Part shown: piece after piece, positions 49,290 through 62,937 of the stretch
Numbering within the stretch: the first letter of the stretch is position 1
Layout of the letters: each line of letters opens with the position of its first letter
Assembly: GCA_051294375.1 (NCBI GenBank)
Contig: CM119267.1
Span: 4,974,558-5,038,557 of the forward strand
DNA length: 64,000 nt
Direction of reading: 5' to 3'
Source: Paraspadella gotoi
Taxonomy: Eukaryota > Animalia > Chaetognatha
The notes under the pieces: model-generated
Seen by the model: only the letters and a program-made list of their open reading frames with translations
What the model was told of the DNA's origin: nothing
The model's database searches: none
Made by a program: the position numbers and the translations under genes

Positions 49290-50035
49290 TAAAGGAAAAA
49301 ACTTTCAAAAAAAAGGGAGACAACATAACGAGAAATGGAGAGAAAAAAAAATTGTCGGGAAAAGATAAAAATTGAGGAAGAGAGAGAGAAAAAAATTATG
49401 GGAAAGAAAGAGAAAGGAAAAAAAAAGAAAAGGAAAAGAAAAGAAAGAAAAGGGAGAAAAATTATGGAGGAAAAAGGAGGAAGGAAAAAGAAAAGGAAAA
49501 GAAAGAAAAGGAAAAAAATTATGGGAGGAAAAGAAGGAAAGGAAAAGAGAGGAAAAAAAGAAAGAAAAAAAATTGGGAGGAAAAAGGAGGAAAGGAAAAA
49601 AGAATGGAAAAGGAAAAGAAAAGAAAAAGGAAAAAATATTGAGAAAAAAGGAGGAAAAAGAAAAGTAAAAGAAGAAAAAGGAAAAAAATTATGGGAGGAA
49701 AAAAGAGAAAGGAAAAAAGAAAAGGAAAAAAAAGAAAGGAAAAAAATATATGGAAGGAAAAAGGAAGAAAAGGAAAAAAGAAATGGAAAAGAAAAAAAGA
49801 AAAAGAAAAAATAATTATGGGAGGAAAAAGGAGGAAAGGAAAAAAAAAGGAAAAAGGAAGAGAAAAAAGAAAAGAAAAAGAAAGATAAGGAAAAAGAAAA
49901 ATATTGGGAGGAAAAAATAAGGAAAGGAGAAAAAGAAAAGGAAAAAGAAAAGAAAGAAAAATATGGGAGGAAAAAGAAGGAAAGAAAAAAGAAAGAAAAA
50001 AGAAAAAAAAAAGAAAAGAAAGAAAAGAAAAAAAC
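49290..50035. repeat. A/G-rich degenerate tandem repeat (~60-bp period, ATTATGGGAGGAAAA anchor)
   Basis: About ten recurring ATTATGG(G)AGGAAAA motifs in an almost pure purine tract; copy at ~57930-58600. Confidence 0.8.
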
Positions 50036-52077
50036 GCCGACCATCTCCGCCGTTAAGAAGGAAAGAGAAGAGAAAAAAATAAATAATTCAAACAGAGATT
50101 AGAAAATGAAAGGGAAGCTTTGCGACAAATAAGCGAGCAGAAGCGGGTGGGAGTGGGAAGAGGTGGTTTAGAGTGGGTTGGGGGTTTAGGTGAGTTCGGA
50201 AGGGGGGGTCCAACGGGGGCGTGAAGTGGTTTGATCAAAGGAAGATGGGATGTGAAGAAAAAAAACGTGGGGGTCACAAATGAGGAGGCGAAAAGGTTAA
50301 ATAAAGAGGAATATGAAGGATCGGGAAGATTTATTGTTGACAAGATGACAAAAGATGACAAAGGAGGAAAAAAGAAATAGAGAGAATGGAAGAAGATTAA
50401 ATAGAGAAACTGTGGGAGAATGTATAAAAAAAGAATAAAAAAAGAATATAAAATTTGGCAAAAGATGGTAAAAACAGTAATACAAAATAGGAAATATATG
50501 CATGCAGAAATGTGAATAATTAAATATTAAAAATAAGAATACTAGTGGCTTGGACAAACAAGTCGACGGTGATGATGGTTATAAAAAAGACAAAAAGAAA
50601 AAAGTTAAAAGGAAAAAAAGATGAAAACAACTGGAGGCGGAGAATAACGGAATTTAAGAAGAAGGGAGAGAGAGAGAGAGAGAGAGGAGAAGAGAAGAGA
50701 GGGAGAGAAGGACAGAGAGAAACAAGAGAGAGAGGTAGAACACGCAAACGGTTATTTTTTTTTCATTCGCCGTTGGAAACTGAAAAGATGAAAAAAGTTT
50801 TGTCGCCTTCGTAATTTTAACTATTTCATAAAAAATTTTTTCAATATTCAAATAACGAATGGATATTAAAACAATTATTGCGTCGAAGTGATTTTAACAT
50901 TTTAAACCAAAGACACGACACCCTGAGTTGATAATGATTTTGGTCTCTCGTTTTGCTCATAGTGATAATTAAACCAACGGTTTTCTCTATGTTCAACTCC
51001 TTCATTATCATAGCGAGTCTTTTCATCCTTTCTGATTCAATAGCAATCATTTTTTTTCAATCGCTATCCTGACGCTTAACTTACCCGGTTTCACCATCAT
51101 TCTTCACGCAATTTCCTCAATCGACCTGACTAGCTCCCTTTTCATCTTCTCCCTCAAAATGATTCGTCAATTGCTTTGAAAACCTTTTCTTCGAAAATGC
51201 GAGAGAGTTTCTCATGAAACGCGGTCGAGATGGAAATAAGTTGCTCCTCGTAGACGTGGCTAGGGTGTTGGCCGTAGCGGAGCTGGGAGTGACGTTGGTG
51301 CTGGTAATCGTACAAATACTTAAGCTCTTTTTTCTTATTAAAGTTTCGCTTATTAACTCTGGAGAGTTTTATATAAACACGAAGGAACAAAGAATTAAAA
51401 CCAACAAAGGGTTAAGTTTAGTTTTGCTTTGCGACAGGGTCAATAAACCCCAATTCAGTTTGCATTTTACGTTTTTAACTTAAAAAACTCTTAAAAAATA
51501 CGTAAAAGAAAAGAGAAGAAATAAAAAAGAAAGTAAACTATATCTCTGATCGAAAAGTGTTTTTTTCTTTTTTCTTCTCCCCCCACATTTTTTTGGGGCG
51601 AACGAATTTTGTAGAAAAAACGATTGACATTCCCAATTCCCATCCAATGGAATCGAAGAGAAAGACGGAGGGGGGGGAGTGAAAAGGTTTAGCGTGAAAG
51701 CGAGGGTGGCTGTGAATTGAGGAGTGAGGACCGAGTGGCGGCCGAGTTCTCCTGTGATTGAACTTAATCGTTTTAAGTTGTGATGTGAATCGTAGCGGTT
51801 GGGAGCGAGGTTCACCAGAGGGGAGGTTTCCGAGTGAGAGAGACAGGATGTGAAGTATTTGGAGTGACGAGGTATAAGGTGAATTCCAGAGGAAAGGTAG
51901 GGCGTGATTCCAGAAAGAGGTAGGCCCCGTGATCCAGAGGGAGGGTTGGTGATTAGCGAAAAGAATTAAAATCAATTACTTCCGAGTTTTTTTTTCCCTA
52001 CGACACCCTACTAATTTAAAGTGAACCGAAAAAGAATTGGGGAACGTTCCTCTTGTTCCATCTATGAGAGAGTGAGT

Positions 52078-52110
<33 letters not shown>

Positions 52111-52734
52111 AGAAAGAGGAGAGAGAAGAGAGGAGAGAGAGAGAGAAGAGACGAGAGAGAGAGAAGAGAGAGAGAGAGAGAAATTCTTTCTCTCTTGTTC
52201 TTTATTTTTCTTTTTGATACAAAGAATGAGTATAAAAACAGTATCGGAAAAATTGTTTTTAAAAAGTAGATTAGTCTTTTATTAATAAGATTGACTTACC
52301 TACTATTTGCACACTACTATAGCAAAACAGTTAAATATTAATTTAAACATTCATCGTTACCGTATTGCGATTCAATAGACTTAAAATAAATGAATTCTAG
52401 ATATTTATGAACAAACATATTTAAAAGAATCGTACATACGCAACCTAAAAAAACTTCAATACTTGGAGTTTTGTGTATTTCTTTTTTTAGTTTTTGTGTT
52501 TCTTTTTTCTTCCGGTTTTTTCGGTCGAATCCAATTGAGTCGCGACGACGAACGAGGGAAACTTTAAGTTTCCAACGAAACATTTTTTTTGTTGGAGTTT
52601 TAACTAAAACGTCGTCCGTCGTCGTCGACGTCGTCGCGTCGTCGTCGAACGTCGTTATTATCCTCAAATCTAAGTCATTGTAGTCTTCAACTAACATTTA
52701 ACGTCGAAANNNNNNNNNNNNNNNNNNNNNNNNN

Positions 52735-52985
52735 GGAATGGAATGGAATGCTAATTAAAAAATAAAATAAACAAATCTAAATGAAATAAAACTAAGGAAA
52801 GTAACGAGTTTGTTAAGGAAGGTGTAGGTGAGTCACTCAAACTACACGCATGCGACTATGAGTAGGAGGTTGCACAAATCGTTGGGGCAGGAGAAACAAC
52901 ATGGTAGATTGGTTTGCAACCGAACCGTCGGAATTGCTGAGAATTTATCGGGCAACTAAACATTGTTCTAATGCACGGATTCAAT

Positions 52986-53076
<91 letters not shown>

Positions 53077-53606
53077 GAGAGAGGGAGAAAGAACGAACTT
53101 GCCCGTAAACTGTGTCATTTGGTGAAAAAATCGAGGGTTGAAATCGGATCCCTCGTTTTTCGTCCGTGAAAGAAAAACCTTTTTACAAATCTTTTTTTTT
53201 TTTTCGTTTTTGTCAAGAAAACTCATGAATTGTATACATTGAAATTTTAATTTAGATTTCAGTTGAATATCTTTTTTGAATCAAGATTGAAAACAAATAT
53301 ATAACCATTATAAACGCATTTCCTTTCATGGATTTCGTAACGAAAGTTTACTCGGCGAATCGGCTCATTTCACATAATCATAATCACTTTACTTTTTTCT
53401 TCTAATCGCGTTTTCATAAACGTAACTTTTTTTTCGCGAAAAACTGCATTTATTTTTGTGTTTTTTTTTTTACAAATTTTTTTCGCCGAAAATTTTGACG
53501 TCGAGGAAAAACTCCGCCATTTTTTTTCTTTCGCCAGGGTTTTTTTTCCGCGCAATTATAAAAATCTGAATCGGAATTCTTTCGATGATAAAATTCTCAA
53601 AAAAAA

Positions 53607-53637
<31 letters not shown>

Positions 53638-53739
53638 AGAGAGAGAGAGAAAGAGAGAGGAGGAAGAGAGAGAGAGAGAGAGAGAGTCGTTAAAAAGAAA
53701 TGGCGAGAAGAGAGAGAAGGAGAGAGAGAGAGAGAGAGA

Positions 53740-53787
<48 letters not shown>

Positions 53788-54306
53788 CCAGTTATTCATA
53801 TTTTGTGGATTTTTTCCGGTGATTATGGTTTTTTCTCAAGACTCGCGGCTTTGGCTTTGAAACACTCCCCCCCCCTCCAGATCTCGATCTAACGCACTTT
53901 TAGAGCCAGTGCCGCGAAAATGTGCCTGTAAATCGTATACCCTAAAACTATTTTTTTTCTCTTTGAAAGTCAATATAACCAACTTCATTAGACTTTCCCA
54001 CGTTCGTTCAGTCTACCCGGTTAACCTTACCCGTTTTTTCCACCCGTTAAACTCACCAGAATCTTAAACTTCCTCGTCCCTCGAGACCCAACGCCTTATC
54101 TTTATCGTTTTTCTCCTCTCTCACCTCTCTCGGCCTTCCACATCCCACGACATCGACTCCTCTTCACCCCACCCTCTCCACACCCCACCGCCCCCTTCAA
54201 CCGCCCCGAATCTATTTCCATTTTTGGCGAAATCGAGTTTCTTTTCTCTCACGAAATTCGAGGCAAAAGTCGGGAAAATTAGAAAATGATCGAAATAGAG
54301 AGAAAG

Positions 54307-54390
<84 letters not shown>

Positions 54391-55200
54391 AGAGGCAGTA
54401 AACTGATCCTTTTCTTTGGCTTTTGAATAATCGAAAGGCTCTTTTTTTTGCGGGGGGAACAGAGGTCAAGTAAATCTGGGGCGTGAGATAAGTTAAAAGA
54501 GGGCGGCTGGGACCAGGCTGGGTAGCGGGTAAGTTGAGTGGTCTACCGGCCTTCGATTCTGATTTTTTTTTAGGGGGGAAAGAAAAGTGGTTTTGACTTC
54601 GGCGTTGTTGACCGACGTCGACGGAAAGATAAGAACTTGATCGGCGAGAGGTGAGGTCGAACCGACCTTTAATGTTGGTAAGTGCGATTAAGACTGAAAG
54701 TTTGTTATCGGATCGACTCTGATGACGAAACATTTACTTAACTTTCTTAATTGCTTGCTCACTGATTACTTAACTATTTTGATGCACGTAACTTAGTTAC
54801 ATGCTCAAACTTTTCCTTTCATGAATCAGATGAAAGATCTGAAAGGATTATAGTTTTAGGAAATAAGTTTTATAAAGTTAATAAAATAAGTTTATAAAAT
54901 AATAAAATTGGTAAAAGGATTTGACCGTATTGTCTGGATTCAAATGACCGGTATTATTCTAATAAAAAAGAGTTTTAAACATTATAACGTCATCACTACA
55001 TTTAAATTTATTTTGACGTACGTAACGCGATTCCAAAATAATTTTCCTATTTTTATGTGAGAAAATCGAAAGTGAGAAAGTCAGCCCATTGGATCTTTTT
55101 CTCTGACATCTTTTCTATTCCTTGACCTCCTCAATCCCCGCTGAGAGAGTCTCTCTCTCTCCTCTCTCTCTCTCTCCTCTCTCCTCTCTCTCTCTCTTCT

Positions 55201-55231
<31 letters not shown>

Positions 55232-57047
55232 CCTCTCTTCTTCCGTCACCCTGGCTAAGTTTCCGACTCACGGAAAAACAAGAAAAAAAGATTCCAGATT
55301 TTTTGTCTTAATTCTCCGGAATTTTTGCAAAATCGTTCGGAAATCTGGATCAAGCTAAAATCAGGGCTTGAATCAAGAACTCGGTGTTTGAATCAGAGTT
55401 GGAATCAATTCGCATGATAGATTTTTAATTAAGAAAAAAATTGTATTCAAAAATTTTTACCGCTTTTTTTTTTTCAAAATCTAAACAAAAGCACGAAATG
55501 ACACATTTTGGCTGTCTGATGGCTTAATTAAGCGTTTGTTTGCATTAAATAAAAAATTAAATCCATTCTATTCATAATTTAATCCTCTTTTTTCTTCAAG
55601 TGTTCTTTTTTTCCCCTTTTTTTTCCATAAACCTCTCCCGACCTCTGCCGTGCCGATTTGTCTACATTAAGACAAAGGGAAACCTCGAGTCTTTCCTCCG
55701 CTGGAGTCCAATTATTCATATGGATAACAAGAGAAGGAAGAGTTTGAGAGGACGGGGTCGTGAAGTGGAAATGTCAGGGTGAGTGAGATGGGAACTTCAG
55801 TGGGAAATGATGAATTCGGCGAGTGATCGGACAGCGAGACGGACGAGGAAGATGGAAAAAAGTACAGTCGGTCAGCTAGCCAATTCTGTTAAACTTACTG
55901 ACAGCCAGATACAGCGAGTGGGAAACGGGGTTTCCACTTTACGACGGTGGAGTAAGGCGAAGGCTGGGGATTTGGCGGGGATCAAAGAGAGGGGAATGGA
56001 GTGGGGATCAAATCCGAGGTAGGTCGTCGCGGATTTCTCTTTCCGATTCGACATTCGGAGAACCTTCCTTTCGCCTGACATTACCTCGTTCCTTTCCTTT
56101 CTCCCTCAGGTGAGATCGGTGTGGGAGACTTTTCCTTTTTTTTTTTCTTCTTCCTTTTTTCATATCTCGGGTCGTTTCTCATAATAAGAGCGGAACGGTT
56201 CGTCTTGAACGCCGATCGATTTCATGACGAGAAATAAATGATAGTTTCAGCATAAATCTATTAATAAATGAATATATCGATGATAAATTTCTCATGTCGA
56301 TCCGAGACGTTTCCATAATTCTTCAACTACCCCACCCCCATTTTTTACCTTTTCTTATCCCACTTTTCTTCCACTTTTGTTTATTGTTTATCCCATTTTT
56401 CTCCTTTTATCCTTTCCTTTAGTTTTTCTCTCCCCCCTTTTTTTTTTCTTCCCTTCCCTTCTTTTTTTCCTTTCTTCCTATTTCCTTTATTCTTTATTCC
56501 TTGTTCGGTTTTTCCTTTGGTTTTTCCCGATCGATCCCTTTTTATATTCAAAACAGAAAATGAATTTCATCAACGGACGACGAACGACGACGACGACGAC
56601 GAAGATGCGATGACGGTCGACGATGACGACGACGATGAAAAAGATTCTAACAAGGAAATGTTTACAACCACGTATTGCGGAAAGGTGACAAAGATGACGT
56701 TGACGACAATCATAATCTAAATGATGACAAGGAGACGCCGACAATGAGGACGAAGACGAAAAAACACTCTTTACAATGTACACGTCATATAGAAGAAATG
56801 TGAAAATTAGGCCAAAGAAAGTAGATATGAAATTGCCTAAAACATGATGAAAAAATATGCTATGATGACATCCACAAAAAATAGCGAACCTGACAAGTGA
56901 CAACAATGATGATGATGAATGATCACGAATGTCATGAATGTCATCATGAATGATGAAAATGACTAGGATGACGTCGACGAAAAAAATATGGCGAACCTGA
57001 CATCGACGAATATAAAAAAACTTAAGAAGAACGACGACGACGACGAA

Positions 57048-57088
<41 letters not shown>

Positions 57089-59223
57089 AAGGAAGTGAAC
57101 AAGAATATAAAAAAGGGAAAAGTCGAAAGAAAGAAAGAAGAGAAAAAGGAAAGAAGACCGGAAGAATGGAATCGTGACGCCGCGTGGCGAGAGCCGGCAT
57201 CCTCGTCGCCATGGAGACACGAATACGACTCGTGAGACGTTCGTGGGATTACGAGAAGCTCACGAGTTGTCGTCGTCGTGGTCGTCGTTGTCGTCGATGT
57301 CGGCTTGGGTCCGTTTTTCTTTCCTCCTTTCCGGAATGTAAGCTCGTCTTGAGCTCTGTGAATGGTCTCGTTGCTTTTGCATGTTGAAAATGAAAGTTGC
57401 AAAAATTGCTTGTTTCGCTATCATTATTTTTTTAGATTTAGAATAACTATTATTTAAATTTTTATTTATTTATTATTTTATTATTATGGATTCGAAAAGC
57501 ACTGATTGGCAAGATCGGACTTGCCAATCAGCGAACGAAAAAGTATGTAACATTAAAAAAATCTTTATAAAGATTTTTTAAAATAACGAAGTAATAGCAA
57601 ACTAAATAATAATAATAAATAATTCTCGTCATTGACTTACTTGCGTGGACTAAATTCAATTCTTTAATCAAATCAGTTGCCATTCAGACTGGGAGAATCT
57701 TGAAAGCAGACCATCTGGCAGAAATGGAAAAGATTGCGACGAAAGTCGTACAACATGCAGTCGCTAATACTAAGAAGGAAAAAACTTTCCTTCGGCAGCC
57801 GAATCATTTTTTTTAAAGAAAAAAAAAATGAATAAAAATTATGGCAAAGGAAAAACTTTCTAAAAAAAAGGGAGACAAATAACGAGAAATGGAGAGAAAA
57901 AAAAATTGTCGGGAAAAGATGAAAAATTGAGGAAGAGAGAGAGAAAAAAAATTATGGGAGAAAAAGGATGAAAGGAAAAAAAAGAAAAGGAAAAAGAAAA
58001 GAAAGAAAAGGGAGAAAAATTATGGAGGAAAAAGGAGGAAAGGAAAAGGAAAAGGAAAAGAAAGAAAAGGAAAAAATTATGGGAGGAAAAAGAAGGAAAG
58101 GAAAAAAGAGAGGAAAAAAAGAAAGAAAAAAATGGGGAAAAAAGGAGGAAAGGAAAAAAGAAATGAAAAGGAAAAGAAAGAAAAAGGAAAAAATATTGGA
58201 GGAAAAGGAAGGAAAGGAAAAAGAAAAGTAAAAGAAAGAAAAAAGGAAAAAAATTATGGGAGGAAAAAAGAGGAAAGGAAAAAAGAAAAGAAAAAAAAGA
58301 AAGAAAAAAAATATGGAAGGAAAAAGGAGAAAAGGAAAAAGAAATGGAAAAGAAAGAAAAGAAAAAGAAAAAAATAATTATGGAGGAAAAAGGAGGAAAG
58401 GAAAAAAAAAGGAAAAAGGAAGAAGAAAAAGAAAAGGAAAAAGAAAATAAGGAAAAAGAAAAAAAATATGGGGGAAAAAATAAGGAAAGGAAAAAAGAAA
58501 AGGAAAAAGAAAAGAAAGAAAAAATTATGGGAGGAAAAAGAAGGAAAGAAAAAAGAAAAGAAAAAAGAAAAGAAAAAAGAAAAGAAGAAAAGAAAAAAAC
58601 CCGACATCTCGCCGTTAAGAGGAAAGAGAAGAGAAAAAAATAAATAATTCAAACAGAGATTAGAAAATGAAAGGGAAGCTTTGCGACAATTAAGCGAGCA
58701 GAAGCGGTGGGGAGTGGAGAAGAGGTGGTTTGAGTGGTATGGGGGTTTAGGTGAGGTTCGGAAGGGGGGGAACGGGGGCGTGAGTGGTTTGAGTCAAAAG
58801 GAAGATGGGATGTGAAGAAAAAAAACGTGAGGGGTCACAATGAGGAGGCGAAAAGGTTAAATAAAGAGGAATATGAAGGATCGGGAAGATTTATTGTTGA
58901 CAAAGATGACAAAGATGACAAAGGAGGAAAAAAGAAATAGAGAGAATGGAAGAAGATTTAAATAGAGAAACTGTGGGAGAATGTATAAAAAAAGAATAAA
59001 AAAAGAATATACAAATTTGGCAAAAGATGTAAACAGTAATACAAAATAGGAAATATATGCATGCAGAAATGTGAATAAAATTAAATATTAAAAATAAGAA
59101 ACTAGTGGCTTGACTAAACAAGTCGACGGTGATGAGGTTAAAAAAAGACAAAAAGAAAAAAAGTTAAAAGGAAAAAAAGATGAAAACAACTGGAGGCGGA
59201 GATAACGGAAATTTTTAAAAAAG

Positions 59224-59255
<32 letters not shown>

Positions 59256-59263
59256 AAGAGAGA

Positions 59264-59294
<31 letters not shown>

Positions 59295-60623
59295 TAGAAC
59301 ACGCAAACGGTTATTTTTTTTTCATTCGCCGTTGGAAACTGAAAGAGATGGAAAAAAGTTTTGTCGCCTCGTAATTTTAATATTCATAAAAAATTTTTTC
59401 AATATTCAAAAAACGAATGGATATTAAAACAATTATTGCGTCGAAGTGATTTTAAATTTTAAACCAAAGACCAACGACACCCTGAGTTGATAATGATTTG
59501 GTTCCTCGTTTTGCTCATAAGTGATAATTAAACCAACGGTTTTCTCTAGTTTCAACTCCTTCATTATCATAGGCGAGTCTTTTCATCCTTTTCTGATTCA
59601 ATAGCATCATTTTTTTTCAAATCGCTATTCCTGACGCTTAACTTACCCGGTTTCACCATCATTCTTCACGCAATTTCCCTCATCGACCTGACTTAGCTCC
59701 CTTTTCATCTTCTCCTCAAAATGATATCGTCATTCGCTTGAAAACCTTTTCTCGGAAATGCGAGAGAGTTCTCAAAACGCGGTCGAGATGTGAAATAAGT
59801 TGCTCCTCCGTAGAGTGGCTAGGGTGTTTGGCCGTAGCGGAGCTGGGAGTGACGTTGGTGCTGGATAATCGTAACAAATACTTAGCTCTTTTTTCTTATT
59901 AAAGTTTCGCTTATTACTTGGAGAGTTTTATATAAAACGAAGGAACAAAGAATTAAACCAACAAAGGGTTAAGTTAGTTTTGCTTTGCGACAGGGTCATA
60001 AACCCCACATTCATTGCATTTTTACGTTTTTAACTTAAAAAACCTTAAAAAATACGTAAAAGAAAAAAGAAAGAAAAAAAAGAAAAGTAACTATATCTCG
60101 ATCGAAAAGTGTTTTTTTCTTTTTTTCTTCTCCCCCCACATTTTTTTGGGGCGAAACGAATATTGTAGAAAAAACGATTGGATCATATCCCAATTCCAGT
60201 CAAATGGAATCGAGAGAAAGACGGAGGGGGGGGAGTGAAAGGTTTAGCGTGAAAGCGAGGTGGCTGTGAATTGAGGAGTGAGGACCGAGTGGCGGCCTTC
60301 CTGTATAGTTACTTAATCGTTTTTAAGTTGTGATGTGAATCGTAGTCGGTTGAAGGAGGAGGTTCACAGAGGAGGTCGGTAGAGAGACCAGGATGTGAAG
60401 TATTTGGAGTGACGAGGTTAGGTGAATTCCAGAGGAAAGGTAGGGTGATTCCAGAAAGAGGGTAGGCCCCGTGATCCAGAGGGAGGGTTGGTGATTAGCG
60501 AAAAGAAATTAAAAATAATTACTACCGAGTTTTTTTTTCCCTACGACACACCTACTAATTAAAAGTGGAACCGAAAAGAATTGGGGAACGTTCCTTCTTG
60601 TTCCATCAATGAGAGAGTGAGTG

Positions 60624-60655
<32 letters not shown>

Positions 60656-60696
60656 AGAAAGAGGAGAGAGAAGAGAGAGAGAGAGAGAGAAGAGAC

Positions 60697-60728
<32 letters not shown>

Positions 60729-61250
60729 TTCTTCTCTCTTGTTCTTTATTTTTCTTTTGATACAAAGAATGAGTATTAAAAACCAGTATCGGAAAAATTG
60801 TTTTTAAAAATAGATTAGTCTTTTATTAATAAGATTGACTTACTCTACTATTTGCACCTACTATACAAAACAGTTAAATAATTAATTTAACATTCATTCG
60901 TTACCGTATGCGATTTCATAGACTTAAAAATAAATGAATTCTAGATATTTATGAACAAACATATTTAAAAAGAATCGTAACATACGCAACCTAAAAAAAC
61001 TCATACTTGGAGTTTTTGTTTTCTTTTTTTAGTTTTTGTGTTTCTTTTTTTCTTCCGGTTGTTTTCGGTCGAATCCAATTGAGTCGCGACGACGAACGAG
61101 GGAAATTTTAAAGTTTACCAAACGAAACATTTTTTTGTTGGAGTTTTAACTAAACGTCGTCTCGTCGTCGTCGACGTCGTCGCGTCGTCGTCACGTCGTT
61201 ATTATCCCAATCTAAGTCATTGTAAGTCTTCAACACATTTAACGTCGAAA
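52735..61250 (+). repeat. 8.5-kb block, copy 2 (likely redundant assembly or haplotype)
   Basis: Matches copy 1; bounded on both sides by 25-N gaps. Confidence 0.95.
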
Positions 61251-61275
61251 NNNNNNNNNNNNNNNNNNNNNNNNN

Positions 61276-61746
61276 TTTTTTTTTTTTCGTTTTTGTCAAG
61301 AAAAACTCATGAATTGTATACATTGAAATTTAATTTAGATTTCAGTTGAATATCTTTTTTGAATCAAGATTGAAAACAAATATATAACCTCATTATAAAA
61401 CGCATTTCCTTTCATGATTTTCGTAACGAAAGCTTTACTCGGCGAATCGGCTCATTTTCATAATCATAATCACTTTACTTTTTCTTCTAATCGCGTTTTC
61501 ATAAACGTAACTTTTTTTTAGCGAAAAACTGCATTTATTTTTGTGTTTTTTTTTTNNNNNNNNNNNNNNNNNNNNNNNNNTAGTTTAGGGTATACGATTT
61601 ACAGGCACATTTTCGGCCACTGGCTCTAAAAGGCGTTGATCGAGATCTGGAGGGGGGGGGAAGTGTTTCAAAGCCAAAGCCGCGAGTCTTGAGAAAAAAC
61701 CATAATCACCGGAAAAAATCCACAAAATATGAATAACTGGAATATT

Positions 61747-61841
<95 letters not shown>

Positions 61842-61858
61842 TTCTCCCTTCTTTTCTA

Positions 61859-61895
<37 letters not shown>

Positions 61896-62877
61896 CCTCT
61901 CTCTCTCTCTCTTCTTTTTTTTTTTTGAGAATTTTATCATCGAAAAGAATTCCGATTCAGATTTTTAAATTGCGCGGAAAAAAAACCCTGGCGAAAGAAA
62001 AAAAATGGCGGAGTTTTTCCTCGACGTCAAAATTTCCGGCGAAAAAAAAATTTGTAAAAAAAAAAACACAAAAATAAATGCAGTTTTTGCGCTAAAAAAA
62101 AGTTACGTTTATGAAAACGCGATTAGAAGAAAAAAGTAAAGTGATTATGATTATGAAAATGAGCCGATTCGCCGAGTAAACTTTCGTTACGAAATCCATG
62201 AAAGGAAATGCGTTTATAATGAGGTTATATATTTGTTTTCAATCTTGATTCAAAAAAGATATTCAACTGAAATCTAAATTAAATTTCAATGTATACAATT
62301 CATGAGTTTTTCTTGACAAAAACGAAAAAAAAAAAAAGATTTTTAAAAAGTTTTTCTTTCACGGACGAAAAACGAGGGATCCGATTTCAACCTCGATTTT
62401 TTCACCAAATGACACAGTTTACGGGCAAGTTCGTTCTTTCTCCCTCTCTCCCCCTCTCTTCTCTTCTCTCTCCTCCCTCTCTCTCTCTCTCTCTCCTAAC
62501 ATTTGGAAATCACGTGACATTAAACAAAGTTACTGGCCGCGACTAAAATCTCATTTTTTTTCTCTTTGAAAGTCAATATAACCAACTTCATTAGACTTTC
62601 CCACGTTCGTTCAGTCTACCCGGTTAACCCTTACCGTTTTTCCACCCGTTAAACTCACCCAGAATCTTAACTGCCTCGTCCCTCGAGACCCAACGCCTTA
62701 TCTTATCGTTTTTCTCCTCTCTCACTCTTCTCGGCCTTCCACATCCCACGACATCGACTCCCTCTTCATAGGGAATAACTTCTGGTTTCATTTTCTTTGT
62801 ATTTACGATAGACAAGCCAGAGAGTAGAGAGAGAAGAGAGAGAGACGCAAGAGCAAGAGACTGAGAGGAGAGACGAT

Positions 62878-62937
<60 letters not shown>

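Larger units (their letters stand above)
44091..52709 (+). repeat. 8.6-kb block, copy 1 of a tandem duplication
   Basis: Colinear with 52735-61250; both end AACGTCGAAA at a 25-N gap; differences are mainly 1-nt indels. Confidence 0.95.

Noticed and set aside
49289-50044. 251-aa Phe/Ser-rich and Lys/Glu-rich ORFs
   Set aside because: Translations of a purine-only degenerate satellite; frames are not conserved in the duplicate
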